Of a stretch of DNA of 64,000 nucleotides, positions 20,771-30,210 are shown in pieces (positions within the stretch are counted from its first letter, which is position 1; every line of letters begins with the position of its first letter). The stretch is from the NCBI GenBank assembly GCA_948465565.1, contig CAOJXR010000006.1:3010-67009 (forward strand), in the 5' to 3' direction. This stretch comes from an uncultured Clostridium sp. (lineage in GTDB: Bacteria; Bacillota; Clostridia; TANB77; CAG-508). The notes under the pieces are model-generated. The model had not been told where the DNA came from. It searched no databases and saw only the letters and a program-made list of their open reading frames with translations. The position numbers and the translations under genes were made by a program.

Positions 20771-20967
20771 GTGTTGATGATACAAAGTAATTGTGATAGA
20801 AAATCTAAAAGAGAGAATTGTCACTGGCTGAAAGCAATTCAGATTGAAGCGATTATGAAACATATCGGAGCTTTTTAATAAAGTGGGATATATTTTATTA
20901 TGTCCAATTAGGGTGGTACCACGGGAGTTTGAGCTTTCGTCCCTTTCGAGGGATGAGAGCTCTTTTT
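20771..20967 (+). promoter_or_regulatory. T-box riboswitch, specifier apparently AAC (Asn)
   Basis: GA motif, AGAGA and GCTGAAA stem I apex, T-box AGGGTGGTACCACG at 20910-20923, terminator ending in T-tract. Confidence 0.93.
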
Positions 20968-21014
20968 GTATGCATAATCTCGTCCCTTAAAATAAATAAG
21001 AGGAGGGTGATATT

Positions 21015-22775
21015 ATGAGCATGTACAGAACTTATACGTGTAACGAAATTAGAGAGAAACATGTAGGTGAGCATATTAGGCTTGCTGGATGGGTTCAAAC
21101 AATTAGAGATTTAGGTGGAGTAATTTTTATTGATTTGCGTGACCAATATGGAATTACTCAAGTAGTTTCTTCTGGAAATCAGGATTTGGTTGACAAGATG
21201 TCTAGAATTCCAGTTGAGTCTACAATTTCTGTAGAAGGTATAGTTAGGCTTAGAGATGACGAGACTATTAATGAGAAGCTAGATACAGGACTTGTAGAAT
21301 TATTTGTGGAAAAGCTTGAGATTTTGGGGAAGAGAACAAAGGCGTTACCTTTTGAAATTGAAAATAGCAGGGGAGTTCGTGAAGATTTAAGATTACAGTA
21401 TAGATTTTTGGATTTAAGAAATGAAAAACTTAAGAATAACCTAATTTTAAGAGCAAAAGTTATTCAGTTTATGAGAGAGCAGATGATTAAAAAGGATTTT
21501 TTAGAGATTCAAACTCCAATTCTTACAAGTTCTTCGCCTGAGGGAGCTAGAGATTATTTGGTTCCAAGTAGAATTTATCCAGGAAAGTTTTATGCACTTC
21601 CACAGGCTCCACAGCAGTTTAAACAACTACTTATGGTTTCTGGAATTGATAAATATTTTCAAATTGCTCCTTGTTTTAGGGATGAGGATGCGAGAGCGGA
21701 TAGAACTCCAGGTGAGTTTTATCAATTAGATATGGAAATGGCTTTTGCAACTCAGGAAGATGTTTTTGAAGTTATGGAAGATGTTATTTATAATGTGTTT
21801 AAAGAGTTTTCTAATAAGAAAATTGCTGAGTATCCTTTTCCTAGAATTCCTTATAGAGAGGCTATGCTTAAGTATGGAACTGATAAACCTGATTTGAGAA
21901 ATCCTTTAGAAATTTGTGATGTTACAGATATTTTTGAGACTGTTGATTTGAAAGTGTTTAATGGAAAGTTAGTTAGGGTCATTGTTGTTCCAGATGGTGC
22001 TAAGGAGCCTCGTACATTATTTGAGGGAATGACGGATTTTGCTATAAGTGAGTGTAAGGCTAAGGGACTTGCTTGGCTTAAGGTTGGTGATGATATGTCA
22101 CTTCAAGGTCCAATTGCTAAGTTTATTGAAAATGATGCTAGAGTGAAGATGTTCGAGAAAGCCAGTATACATGCTGGTGATGCGATATTTTTTATTGCTG
22201 AGCATAAATTTATTGTTGATAAGCTTGCTGGGCAAATTCGTGAGGAACTTGGTAAGAGACTTGGATTAATAGATGATTCTGTTTATAAATTTTGTTGGAT
22301 TGTTGATTTTCCAATGTATGAGAGAGTTGATAATGGTAAGATAGAATTTTGTCATAACCCATTTTCTATGCCTCAGGGAGGAATGGAGGCTTTGGAAAAA
22401 GAGGATCCATTAGATATTTTGGCATATCAATATGATATTGTTGGAAATGGTATTGAACTGGCTTCTGGTGCTGTTAGAAACCATTCTCCAGAGATTATGA
22501 TTAAGGCTTTTGAGATTGCTGGATATAAGGAGGATGTTATTATTTCAAAGTTTGGTGCTTTGTATAATGCGTTTCATTATGGTGCTCCTCCTCATAGTGG
22601 TATTGCTCCTGGAATTGATAGAATTATTATGTTGCTTGCTGGGGAGGATACTATTAGAGAGGTTCAAGCTTTTCCAATGAATGCAAAAGCACAAGATTTG
22701 TTAATGGGTGCTCCAGCAGTAGTTACTCAAAAACAATTGGATGAAATTCATATAAAAATAAATGAAAAAAATTAG
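21015..22775 (+). CDS. aspS: aspartate--tRNA ligase (possibly non-discriminating Asp/Asn)
   Basis: FIDLRD, PEGARDYLVPSR, ALPQAPQQFKQ, CFRDED, YGTDKPDLR, GAPPH.GIAPGIDR. Confidence 0.96.
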   Translation: MSMYRTYTCNEIREKHVGEHIRLAGWVQTIRDLGGVIFIDLRDQYGITQVVSSGNQDLVDKMSRIPVESTISVEGIVRLRDDETINEKLDTGLVELFVEKLEILGKRTKALPFEIENSRGVREDLRLQYRFLDLRNEKLKNNLILRAKVIQFMREQMIKKDFLEIQTPILTSSSPEGARDYLVPSRIYPGKFYALPQAPQQFKQLLMVSGIDKYFQIAPCFRDEDARADRTPGEFYQLDMEMAFATQEDVFEVMEDVIYNVFKEFSNKKIAEYPFPRIPYREAMLKYGTDKPDLRNPLEICDVTDIFETVDLKVFNGKLVRVIVVPDGAKEPRTLFEGMTDFAISECKAKGLAWLKVGDDMSLQGPIAKFIENDARVKMFEKASIHAGDAIFFIAEHKFIVDKLAGQIREELGKRLGLIDDSVYKFCWIVDFPMYERVDNGKIEFCHNPFSMPQGGMEALEKEDPLDILAYQYDIVGNGIELASGAVRNHSPEIMIKAFEIAGYKEDVIISKFGALYNAFHYGAPPHSGIAPGIDRIIMLLAGEDTIREVQAFPMNAKAQDLLMGAPAVVTQKQLDEIHIKINEKN

Positions 22776-22819
22776 AATAAAAGAAAATCACCTTCATATG
22801 AATTATGAAGGTGATTTTT

Positions 22820-23737
22820 ATGGAGAATAAAACAGTTATTTATATAGATTATTTAGATTCGTATTTGGATGTTTTGGGTGATAGATTTCCTGTGCTGATA
22901 CGAAGATTAGTGTATATGTTTTTGCATTTTTGGGGTTATGTTAAAGCTGATGGAAATAGGCTTAAATTGTATTGTGTTGAAATGGATGAGATTTCGCCTA
23001 GGATGATTAATAATTTGAAAGAAAAGTTACTTTTGATGGATTCTAAAGATGTTGTTTTGCCTAATTTATTGCTTGGGAACTCAGCTTTTGTTAATATTTT
23101 AGAAGAATATGGGTATAAAATATTGAGAGGCAAATGGTTGTATAAGTTTTTGTGTTTTGATATTGTTCAGAAGATTGCTTGTGTTCAGGGGAAAGATATC
23201 GGAGACATTGAAGTAAGTGTTTTGAGTAATGATGATTCTGAGATTAATATTGAGAATATTAAATTGCTAGCAGAAAAATGTAAGGTTGTTAATGTTATTA
23301 GTAAGAATCCGAGAGCTTTTAGAGTTGTTGAGAGATATTTATATGATGAGTTTGGAAGTATTATTAATGTGTCGACTAATAAGTCAAAGTCGTGTCAATA
23401 TTCTGATGTTATTTTGAATTTTGATTTTAATATAAATGATTTGAAGAAATGTAAGACTAAAAAGCAGACTGTGATAGTGCAATTTAATAAAGAGAAATTT
23501 GAGAATAATAATGGTGTTACAATTGTTTTTTATAAGCTGAATTTGCCTAGAAAATATTTGAATGTGTTTGAGGAATATGCCCAATATAATGAGGAAATTT
23601 TGTATGAGAGTTTGCTTTATTATAAGACTTCTTTTGAGAATGTAAGAGAGATTTTGAAGAGGGATAATGTATCTATTAGATATTTTCAAGGATGTAATGG
23701 AAAATTACAATTTAATGAAATTAAAAATTTAAGTTGA
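22820..23737 (+). CDS. hypothetical protein
   Basis: Long ORF with host-like codon usage; SD AAGGTG before ATG 22820; no confident domain. Confidence 0.7.
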   Translation: MENKTVIYIDYLDSYLDVLGDRFPVLIRRLVYMFLHFWGYVKADGNRLKLYCVEMDEISPRMINNLKEKLLLMDSKDVVLPNLLLGNSAFVNILEEYGYKILRGKWLYKFLCFDIVQKIACVQGKDIGDIEVSVLSNDDSEINIENIKLLAEKCKVVNVISKNPRAFRVVERYLYDEFGSIINVSTNKSKSCQYSDVILNFDFNINDLKKCKTKKQTVIVQFNKEKFENNNGVTIVFYKLNLPRKYLNVFEEYAQYNEEILYESLLYYKTSFENVREILKRDNVSIRYFQGCNGKLQFNEIKNLS

Positions 23738-23813
23738 AATAGTGTATTGACAAATTTGGAGTTTAGTACTATTATAATTCCGTTGATACGATATGAGAGA
23801 GGAGCTTGATAAT

Positions 23814-24293
23814 ATGGAGGAAAAGAGAGAAATATTATTAACACAGGAAGGTTATGATAACCTAGAAGGTGAATTAGAATATCTTAAAACAGAGAAGAGA
23901 ACTGAAATTGCTGAGAGAATAAAGGTCGCTTTAGGTTTTGGTGATTTATCAGAGAATTCAGAGTATGATGAGGCTAAGAGTGCTCAAGCAGCTAATGAAA
24001 ATAAAATAGCTGAGTTGGAGAATAAGCTTAGATATGCTAGAATTATAGATGAATCTGAGATTGATACTAAAACAGTTCAAGTTGGTAATATTGTTACTAT
24101 TCATGATGAGGAATTTGATGAGGATTTAGTGTATACAATAGTTGGTTCAACTGAGGTTGATTTGGCTCAAAATAAAATATCTAATGAATCTCCAATGGGT
24201 GCTGCTTTATTAGGTGCTAAGAAGGGGCAAACTGTTAGTGTTGAGGCACCTGCAGGTGTTATGAAATATAAGATTTTGGCTATAAAGAAATAA
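23814..24293 (+). CDS. greA: transcription elongation factor GreA
   Basis: GDLSENSEYDEAK, ISNESPMG. Confidence 0.96.
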   Translation: MEEKREILLTQEGYDNLEGELEYLKTEKRTEIAERIKVALGFGDLSENSEYDEAKSAQAANENKIAELENKLRYARIIDESEIDTKTVQVGNIVTIHDEEFDEDLVYTIVGSTEVDLAQNKISNESPMGAALLGAKKGQTVSVEAPAGVMKYKILAIKK

Positions 24294-24302
24294 TTTAATT
24301 GT

Positions 24303-24334
24303 AAAAAAAGATACAGATTTCTGTATCTTTTTTT
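24303..24334 (+). terminator. intrinsic terminator after greA
   Basis: AAAAAAAGATACAG-ATTT-CTGTATCTTTTTTT. Confidence 0.8.
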
Positions 24335-24425
24335 ATAATTAAAGTTTGTCTATGTATTGAAAGCTGTTGAGAAGTGTGATAGAATGAAATCGTTTAAAAT
24401 TACAATTATATGTAGGAGGTAAAAT

Positions 24426-25118
24426 ATGATTTATACACAGGAACTAGAAAATATGTGCACTGTAGCAAAAGGAGTTGATCATGGACCAGCGCCAATACCT
24501 GAAGAGGGAAAATGGGTAAAAGCTAAAGATATAAAAGATATATCAGGATTTACACATGGTATAGGCTGGTGTGCTCCACAACAAGGTGCTTGTAAGTTAA
24601 CATTAAATATAAAAGAAGGAATAATTCAAGAAGCATTAGTTGAAACTATTGGTTGTTCAGGAATGACTCATTCAGCTGCTATGGCTGGTGAGATATTGGT
24701 TGGAAAGACTATATTAGAAGCATTAAATACTGACTTAGTTTGTGATGCTATAAATACAGCTATGAGAGAATTGTTCTTACAAATAGTATATGGTAGATCT
24801 CAATCAGCTTTTTCAGAAGGTGGTTTAGCTGTTGGTGCAGGTCTTGAGGATTTAGGAAAGGGGCATATTAGTCAAGTTGGAACTATTTATTCTAGCTTAG
24901 CTAAAGGTCCAAGATACTTAAATCTTGCTGAGGGATACATTGTTGAAATTGGTTTAGATAAAGATGATCAAATTATTGGTTATAAATATGTTCATATGGG
25001 TAAAATGATGGACAATATTAAAAAAGGAATGGATCCAATGGAAGCAATTGAGAAGGCTTCTGGTAAATATGGAAGATTTGATGAAGCTGTTAAGAAAATT
25101 GACCCAAGAAAAGAATAA
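24426..25118 (+). CDS. conserved IscU/NifU-like protein, usual partner of GGGtGRT protein
   Basis: GWCAPQQGACKL, ETIGCSGMTHSA, DLVCDAIN; conserved Cys pattern. Confidence 0.8.
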   Translation: MIYTQELENMCTVAKGVDHGPAPIPEEGKWVKAKDIKDISGFTHGIGWCAPQQGACKLTLNIKEGIIQEALVETIGCSGMTHSAAMAGEILVGKTILEALNTDLVCDAINTAMRELFLQIVYGRSQSAFSEGGLAVGAGLEDLGKGHISQVGTIYSSLAKGPRYLNLAEGYIVEIGLDKDDQIIGYKYVHMGKMMDNIKKGMDPMEAIEKASGKYGRFDEAVKKIDPRKE

Positions 25119-25147
25119 TTAGGAATATATATTAGGAGGAATGTCAT

Positions 25148-26149
25148 ATGGCAGTAACATTTGAAAGTTATGAAAGAAGAATAGACCAAATTAAACCAGT
25201 AATGGAGAAGTATGGTATAAAAGATTTTGAAGATGCTTTAGAAATTTGTAAATCAAAGGGATTTAATCCTTATGATATGGTAAAAGGTGTTCAACCAATT
25301 TGTTTTGAGAACGCATGTTGGGCATATACACTTGGTGCAGCTATAGCTGTAAAAAGTGGTTGTACAAAGGCTGCTGATGCAGCTAAGAAAATAGGAGAGG
25401 GTTTACAAGCTTTTTGTATTCCTGGTTCTGTTGCAGATGATAGAAAGGTTGGTCTTGGACATGGTAACTTAGCTTCTATGCTATTATCAGAAGAGACAAA
25501 ATGTTTTGCTTTCTTAGCAGGACACGAATCTTTTGCTGCTGCTGAAGGTGCTATTGGTATAGCTAAATCAGCTAATAAAGTTAGAAAAGAACCTTTGAGA
25601 GTTATTTTAAATGGTTTGGGTAAAGATGCTGCACAAGTAATTTCTAGAATTAATGGATTTACTTATGTTAAGACTGATTTTGATTTCTTTACAGGTAAGG
25701 TTAAAGTTGTTGAAGAAATTCCTTATTCTGATGGTGAAAGATCAAAAGTTAGATGTTATGGTGCAAACGATGTTAGAGAAGGTGTTGCTATAATGTGGAT
25801 GGAAGATGTTGATGTTTCTATAACAGGAAATTCAACTAACCCAACTAGATTCCAACATCCAGTTGCTGGAACATATAAGAAAGAAAGAATTGAAGTAGGG
25901 AAGAAATATTTCTCAGTTGCTTCTGGTGGTGGAACTGGTAGAACTCTTCATCCAGATAATATGGCTGCTGGACCAGCTTCTTATGGTATGACTGATACTA
26001 TGGGAAGAATGCACTCAGATGCACAATTTGCAGGTTCTTCTTCTGTACCAGCTCACGTTGAAATGATGGGATTAATTGGTATGGGTAATAACCCTATGGT
26101 TGGTGCTACTGTAGCTGTAGCTGTTGCGGTTGAAGAAGCTATGAAATAG
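25148..26149 (+). CDS. GGGtGRT protein
   Basis: Literal ASGGGTGRTLHPDN signature; FLAGHESFAAAEG. Confidence 0.93.
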   Translation: MAVTFESYERRIDQIKPVMEKYGIKDFEDALEICKSKGFNPYDMVKGVQPICFENACWAYTLGAAIAVKSGCTKAADAAKKIGEGLQAFCIPGSVADDRKVGLGHGNLASMLLSEETKCFAFLAGHESFAAAEGAIGIAKSANKVRKEPLRVILNGLGKDAAQVISRINGFTYVKTDFDFFTGKVKVVEEIPYSDGERSKVRCYGANDVREGVAIMWMEDVDVSITGNSTNPTRFQHPVAGTYKKERIEVGKKYFSVASGGGTGRTLHPDNMAAGPASYGMTDTMGRMHSDAQFAGSSSVPAHVEMMGLIGMGNNPMVGATVAVAVAVEEAMK

Positions 26150-26224
26150 AGTTTACATAAATTGACTTTTCAGTAGGATAGGTGTATAATTTAGATATCA
26201 TTCTATAAGACTGGAGGTTTTGGC

Positions 26225-26677
26225 GTGAAATATAACGATTATTATCGGCATTACCTAGAGCTTTTGGCTACTGGTCAAGTGACTTTTCCATGCAGAAAGA
26301 CCTTGGCAGAGTTTGTTGCAAAGCTCGTTGCAAGGGACTACAAGGCACATATACAGACGGCTAAGTTTAACTGTATATGGCCAGACTGGTTTTTGGAGCT
26401 GGAGCAGAGGGAGATGTCTGAACCGTCGCTTGTTGAGATGTATGTGAATGCATTTCTTACGGACAAGATGGCGGAGATGGATACCTTCTGGTACAAACTC
26501 AAGGGGATGTTTGGAAGAAATCACAATCGAAACAAAATCTATTTTGATACTGTTTCTGAAACGGAATTGTATGATTTTGTTTTGAAAAAGCTTTCACAGG
26601 GTGATGTGGCACATGAGGTATTCCCAAGAAATGTTTCGTATGTTATTGAGGGGAAAACACTTCATAGATTTTGCTGA
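26225..26677 (+). CDS. GC-richer orphan hypothetical protein with its own promoter
   Basis: TTGACT-17bp-TATAAT (26162-26190), SD GGAGG, GTG start, downstream GC-rich hairpin 26692-26725. Confidence 0.65.
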   Translation: MKYNDYYRHYLELLATGQVTFPCRKTLAEFVAKLVARDYKAHIQTAKFNCIWPDWFLELEQREMSEPSLVEMYVNAFLTDKMAEMDTFWYKLKGMFGRNHNRNKIYFDTVSETELYDFVLKKLSQGDVAHEVFPRNVSYVIEGKTLHRFC

Positions 26678-26832
26678 AAACTTTCACGGTGCAGGTGGGG
26701 ATACAGTTTACTGTGTCCCCACCTGTTCATACTTTTTGGAAAATATGAAAGATTGTTCATTTTTATTTAATATTGATATTATAAATTTTTTTGCGTATAA
26801 TGTTGCATGAGTTTATAAATAAAGGAGGTTAT

Positions 26833-29322
26833 ATGTTACAACTTAAAAATATAACAAAGGATTACCTATCTGGAGAAATGACTGTAAAAGCCTTAAAAGG
26901 AATTGATATAGAGTTTAGAAAAAGTGAATTTGTATCTATTTTGGGTCATAGTGGTTGTGGAAAGACTACACTACTTAATATAATAGGAGGGCTAGATAGA
27001 TATACAGATGGTGATTTGATTATTAATGGAAAGTCAACAAAAAAGTTTAAGGATAAGGATTGGGATGCATATAGAAACTATTCGGTTGGTTTTGTTTTTC
27101 AAAACTATAATTTAATACCTCATCAAACAGTTTTGGCCAATGTTGAATTGGCGCTTACTTTATCTGGTGTGGGAAAAAAGGAGAGAAAGAATAGGGCAAT
27201 TCAGGCATTGGAAAGTGTTGGACTTAAAGATCAAATTCATAAAAAACCAAATCAATTATCTGGTGGTCAAATGCAGAGAGTTGCAATTGCAAGAGCTTTA
27301 GTAAATAATCCAGATATTATTTTGGCAGATGAGCCAACAGGTGCACTTGATACAGAGACAAGTGTTCAGATTATGGAGATTTTAAAAGAGATTTCTAAGG
27401 ATAAGCTTATTGTAATGGTAACTCATAATCCTGAATTGGCTGAAAAATATTCATCTAGAGTTGTTAGAGTCCTTGATGGAAAAGTTATTAGTGATTCAAA
27501 TCCGTTTACAGAGAATGATAAGGAAAATGAAGGTGAACTTAAAGCAAAACATGGTAAAACTTCTATGAATTTCTTTACAGCGTTATCTCTTAGTTTAAAT
27601 AATTTAATGACTAAAAAGGGAAGAACGTTTTTAACTGCGTTTGCAGGAAGTATTGGTATAATTGGTATTGCACTAATTCTTTCTTTGTCAAATGGTGTAC
27701 AGAAATATATTGATAAAGTTCAGGAAGATACACTTTCAAATTATCCACTTACAATTGCTAGTGAGAGTGTTGATGCTAGTTCGATGATAGAAGTGTTTAT
27801 GGATAATGAGGAAAAGGAATATAGTGATGGCAAAATTCATTCAAAGCCCATAGTTGATAAGATTTTTGATAAAATTTCGAAAGAGGTTCAACGTAATAAT
27901 TTAAAGGATTTTAAGAAGTATATTGATGATACAGATAATGATATAAAGAAATATTCAAATGCTGTTCAATATAATTATAATTTGACTTTAAATATTTATA
28001 AGGGAGATATTGAAGAGGAAATTGTTCAAGTTAATCCTTCTACTACATTTCAACAATTAGGTATGACACAGTCTTCAGATGAGACTACATATGTTATGGG
28101 AAATTCTACTGATGTATGGGCTGAAATGATTGATAATGCTGAGTTACTTAAATCGCAATATGATGTAATTGATGGTAGCTGGCCACAAGATTATAATGAA
28201 GTTGTTTTAATTGTAAATAAAAATAATGAGATAAGTGATTATACTTTGTATTCTCTTGGAATTAAGAAACAATCAGAGATAACTGATAAGATGCATAAGG
28301 TTATGCTTGGTGAGCCTTTAGAGGAGCTTAAAGATGAGGTTTACGATAGTAAGGATTTTATTGGATTAACATATAAGGTTGCTTTGAATACTGATTATTA
28401 TGAGAAACAAGATAATGCATGGATAAGTAAGAGAAATGATATTGAATTTATGAGAGAGAAACTTAAATTTGCTCAAGAGGTTAAGATTGTTGGTGTTGTA
28501 AGACCAAAAGAGGAAGCTACTGCGACTTCAATGGGGGATATGGGAGTTATTGGTTATAAAAAGGAACTTACAGAACATATTATAAATGCGATAAATGCAT
28601 CAGAGATTGCGAGGGAGCAATGTGATAATCCAGGTATAAATGTTTTTACAGGTAGGGAATTTGAAAGTGTTTCTTATGCTCAAGTGCCTGGTATGACTTT
28701 TTCATATGAGGAAAATTTGGCAAAGCTAGGGATTTGTGATTTAGATTCTCCAAGTTCTATTAGTATTTATCCTATTGATTTTGAGGCTAAAGATAAGATT
28801 ACTGATGATATTGGAAAATATAATGAGATGAAAAGAAATGCAGGAAAAGAGGATGATGTTATTCAATATACTGATATGGTGGCTGTTATGATGACATCTG
28901 TTACTGTAATTGTTAATATGATTAGTTATGTGCTTATTGCTTTTGTTGCTATTTCATTGATTGTTTCTTCAATTATGATTGGAATTATAACATATATTTC
29001 TGTATTGGAAAGAATAAAGGAAATTGGCATTTTGCGTGCAATAGGTGCTTCTAAAAAAGATATTTCGAGAGTGTTTAATGCGGAGACATTTATTGTTGGA
29101 CTTACAGCTGGATTACTTGGAATTGGCATAACAATGCTTTTAAATATTCCAATAAATTCGATTATAAAGAATGTTGCGGATGTTTCTAATTTATCAAAAT
29201 TACCGATTGGTGGAGCAATTATACTTGTTGTAATTAGTATGATTTTGACAATTATTGCTGGATTTATTCCTGCGAAGATTGCTAGTAAGAAAGATCCTGT
29301 TGAAGCTTCAAGGACAGAGTAA
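26833..29322 (+). CDS. MacB-like ABC transporter, fused ATPase and permease
   Basis: GHSGCGKTT, LSGGQMQRV, ADEPTGALD, SVLERIKEIGILRAIGA. Confidence 0.93.
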   Translation: MLQLKNITKDYLSGEMTVKALKGIDIEFRKSEFVSILGHSGCGKTTLLNIIGGLDRYTDGDLIINGKSTKKFKDKDWDAYRNYSVGFVFQNYNLIPHQTVLANVELALTLSGVGKKERKNRAIQALESVGLKDQIHKKPNQLSGGQMQRVAIARALVNNPDIILADEPTGALDTETSVQIMEILKEISKDKLIVMVTHNPELAEKYSSRVVRVLDGKVISDSNPFTENDKENEGELKAKHGKTSMNFFTALSLSLNNLMTKKGRTFLTAFAGSIGIIGIALILSLSNGVQKYIDKVQEDTLSNYPLTIASESVDASSMIEVFMDNEEKEYSDGKIHSKPIVDKIFDKISKEVQRNNLKDFKKYIDDTDNDIKKYSNAVQYNYNLTLNIYKGDIEEEIVQVNPSTTFQQLGMTQSSDETTYVMGNSTDVWAEMIDNAELLKSQYDVIDGSWPQDYNEVVLIVNKNNEISDYTLYSLGIKKQSEITDKMHKVMLGEPLEELKDEVYDSKDFIGLTYKVALNTDYYEKQDNAWISKRNDIEFMREKLKFAQEVKIVGVVRPKEEATATSMGDMGVIGYKKELTEHIINAINASEIAREQCDNPGINVFTGREFESVSYAQVPGMTFSYEENLAKLGICDLDSPSSISIYPIDFEAKDKITDDIGKYNEMKRNAGKEDDVIQYTDMVAVMMTSVTVIVNMISYVLIAFVAISLIVSSIMIGIITYISVLERIKEIGILRAIGASKKDISRVFNAETFIVGLTAGLLGIGITMLLNIPINSIIKNVADVSNLSKLPIGGAIILVVISMILTIIAGFIPAKIASKKDPVEASRTE

Positions 29323-29334
29323 AATAGATGAAAT

Positions 29335-29373
29335 AAAAAACTATGCTAGATTTTTAATTTAGCATAGTTTTTT
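29335..29373. terminator. terminator hairpin after ABC gene
   Basis: AAAAAACTATGCTA...TAGCATAGTTTTTT. Confidence 0.7.
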
Positions 29374-29386
29374 GTTTTTGGAATAT

Positions 29387-29497
29387 ACTAAAAATATTAG
29401 TTCTGCAAGTTTTAACAGATTTAGAGTTTGGGTATTCATATACATTTATAATCGTTTTAATGGTATATGTAAAACTTGCAGAACTAATACTTTTAGT
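29387..29497. repeat. 28-bp inverted repeat (1 mismatch) around a 55-bp spacer; MITE-like or terminator-like
   Basis: ACTAAAAATATTAGTTCTGCAAGTTTTA ... TAAAACTTGCAGAACTAATACTTTTAGT. Confidence 0.8.
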
Positions 29498-30134
29498 TAG
29501 AAATGATAAATGCTTTTATTATGTGTAAAGTAGTTATTCCATAATCTAAACCATATAAATCAGTTCGATATTTTTGTGTTGTATATTTGCACATTTCATT
29601 TATTGCTGTACGGATGTTCCATATAACGATATCAGTGTTTATGCTATATTTATGAGCTATTAACCAATAGAGGTTTTTCATAGTTGTTCTATTTAAATTA
29701 TAATACGGATTTGCATAAATGTACATAATACAATCTAATAAATATCGCGTGCCACTTAGTGCAACATTGAATTTTGATTTTTCTAGTTTAGCGATAGTGT
29801 ACTTTTTGAAGTTGTTTGAGTCTAGTTTTTGTGAAAATCTGATGTCACGAGTTAGTTTTTTTACTTTGTTTGTAATAGGGAGGGTGACTAATCCTTCATT
29901 TTGTGGTATAATAATAGAGTAGTAATTGAAATGAAGCTTGTCTAATAATTTTTTATGCATAGATTTTGTTGCTATAATTACATGTGGTAACAAAGTATTA
30001 CAACTATGAATACTAGACTTTGAAAGCGTTTTACTGATTCCTATAGCCTGAGCATTGCTGTTAGATTTTAATATTGCATTTGACAGATTGTTGGCTAATA
30101 TTAAATCATTGCTAAATATAAAATATGTAATCAT
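29493..30134 (-). CDS. Spo0A C-terminal DNA-binding-domain protein with degenerate receiver-like N-terminus
   Basis: LSGTRYLLDCI...MKNLYWLIAHKY...VIWNIRTAI parallels Spo0A IKGY.YLR.AI...TK.LYP.IAKK...VERAIRHAI. Confidence 0.75.
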   Translation of the reverse strand: MITYFIFSNDLILANNLSNAILKSNSNAQAIGISKTLSKSSIHSCNTLLPHVIIATKSMHKKLLDKLHFNYYSIIIPQNEGLVTLPITNKVKKLTRDIRFSQKLDSNNFKKYTIAKLEKSKFNVALSGTRYLLDCIMYIYANPYYNLNRTTMKNLYWLIAHKYSINTDIVIWNIRTAINEMCKYTTQKYRTDLYGLDYGITTLHIIKAFIISN

Positions 30135-30210
30135 AATAAAAAATTCCTTACTATTATTACTACGATTCAAATTGAAAAAAGTTGCGGTAAAAATTAAAAA
30201 AAATTAAAAA

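Noticed and set aside
20898-21098. 66-aa - strand ORF
   Set aside because: Antisense to the T-box and the aspS start; the same applies to the many short ORFs nested in housekeeping genes.
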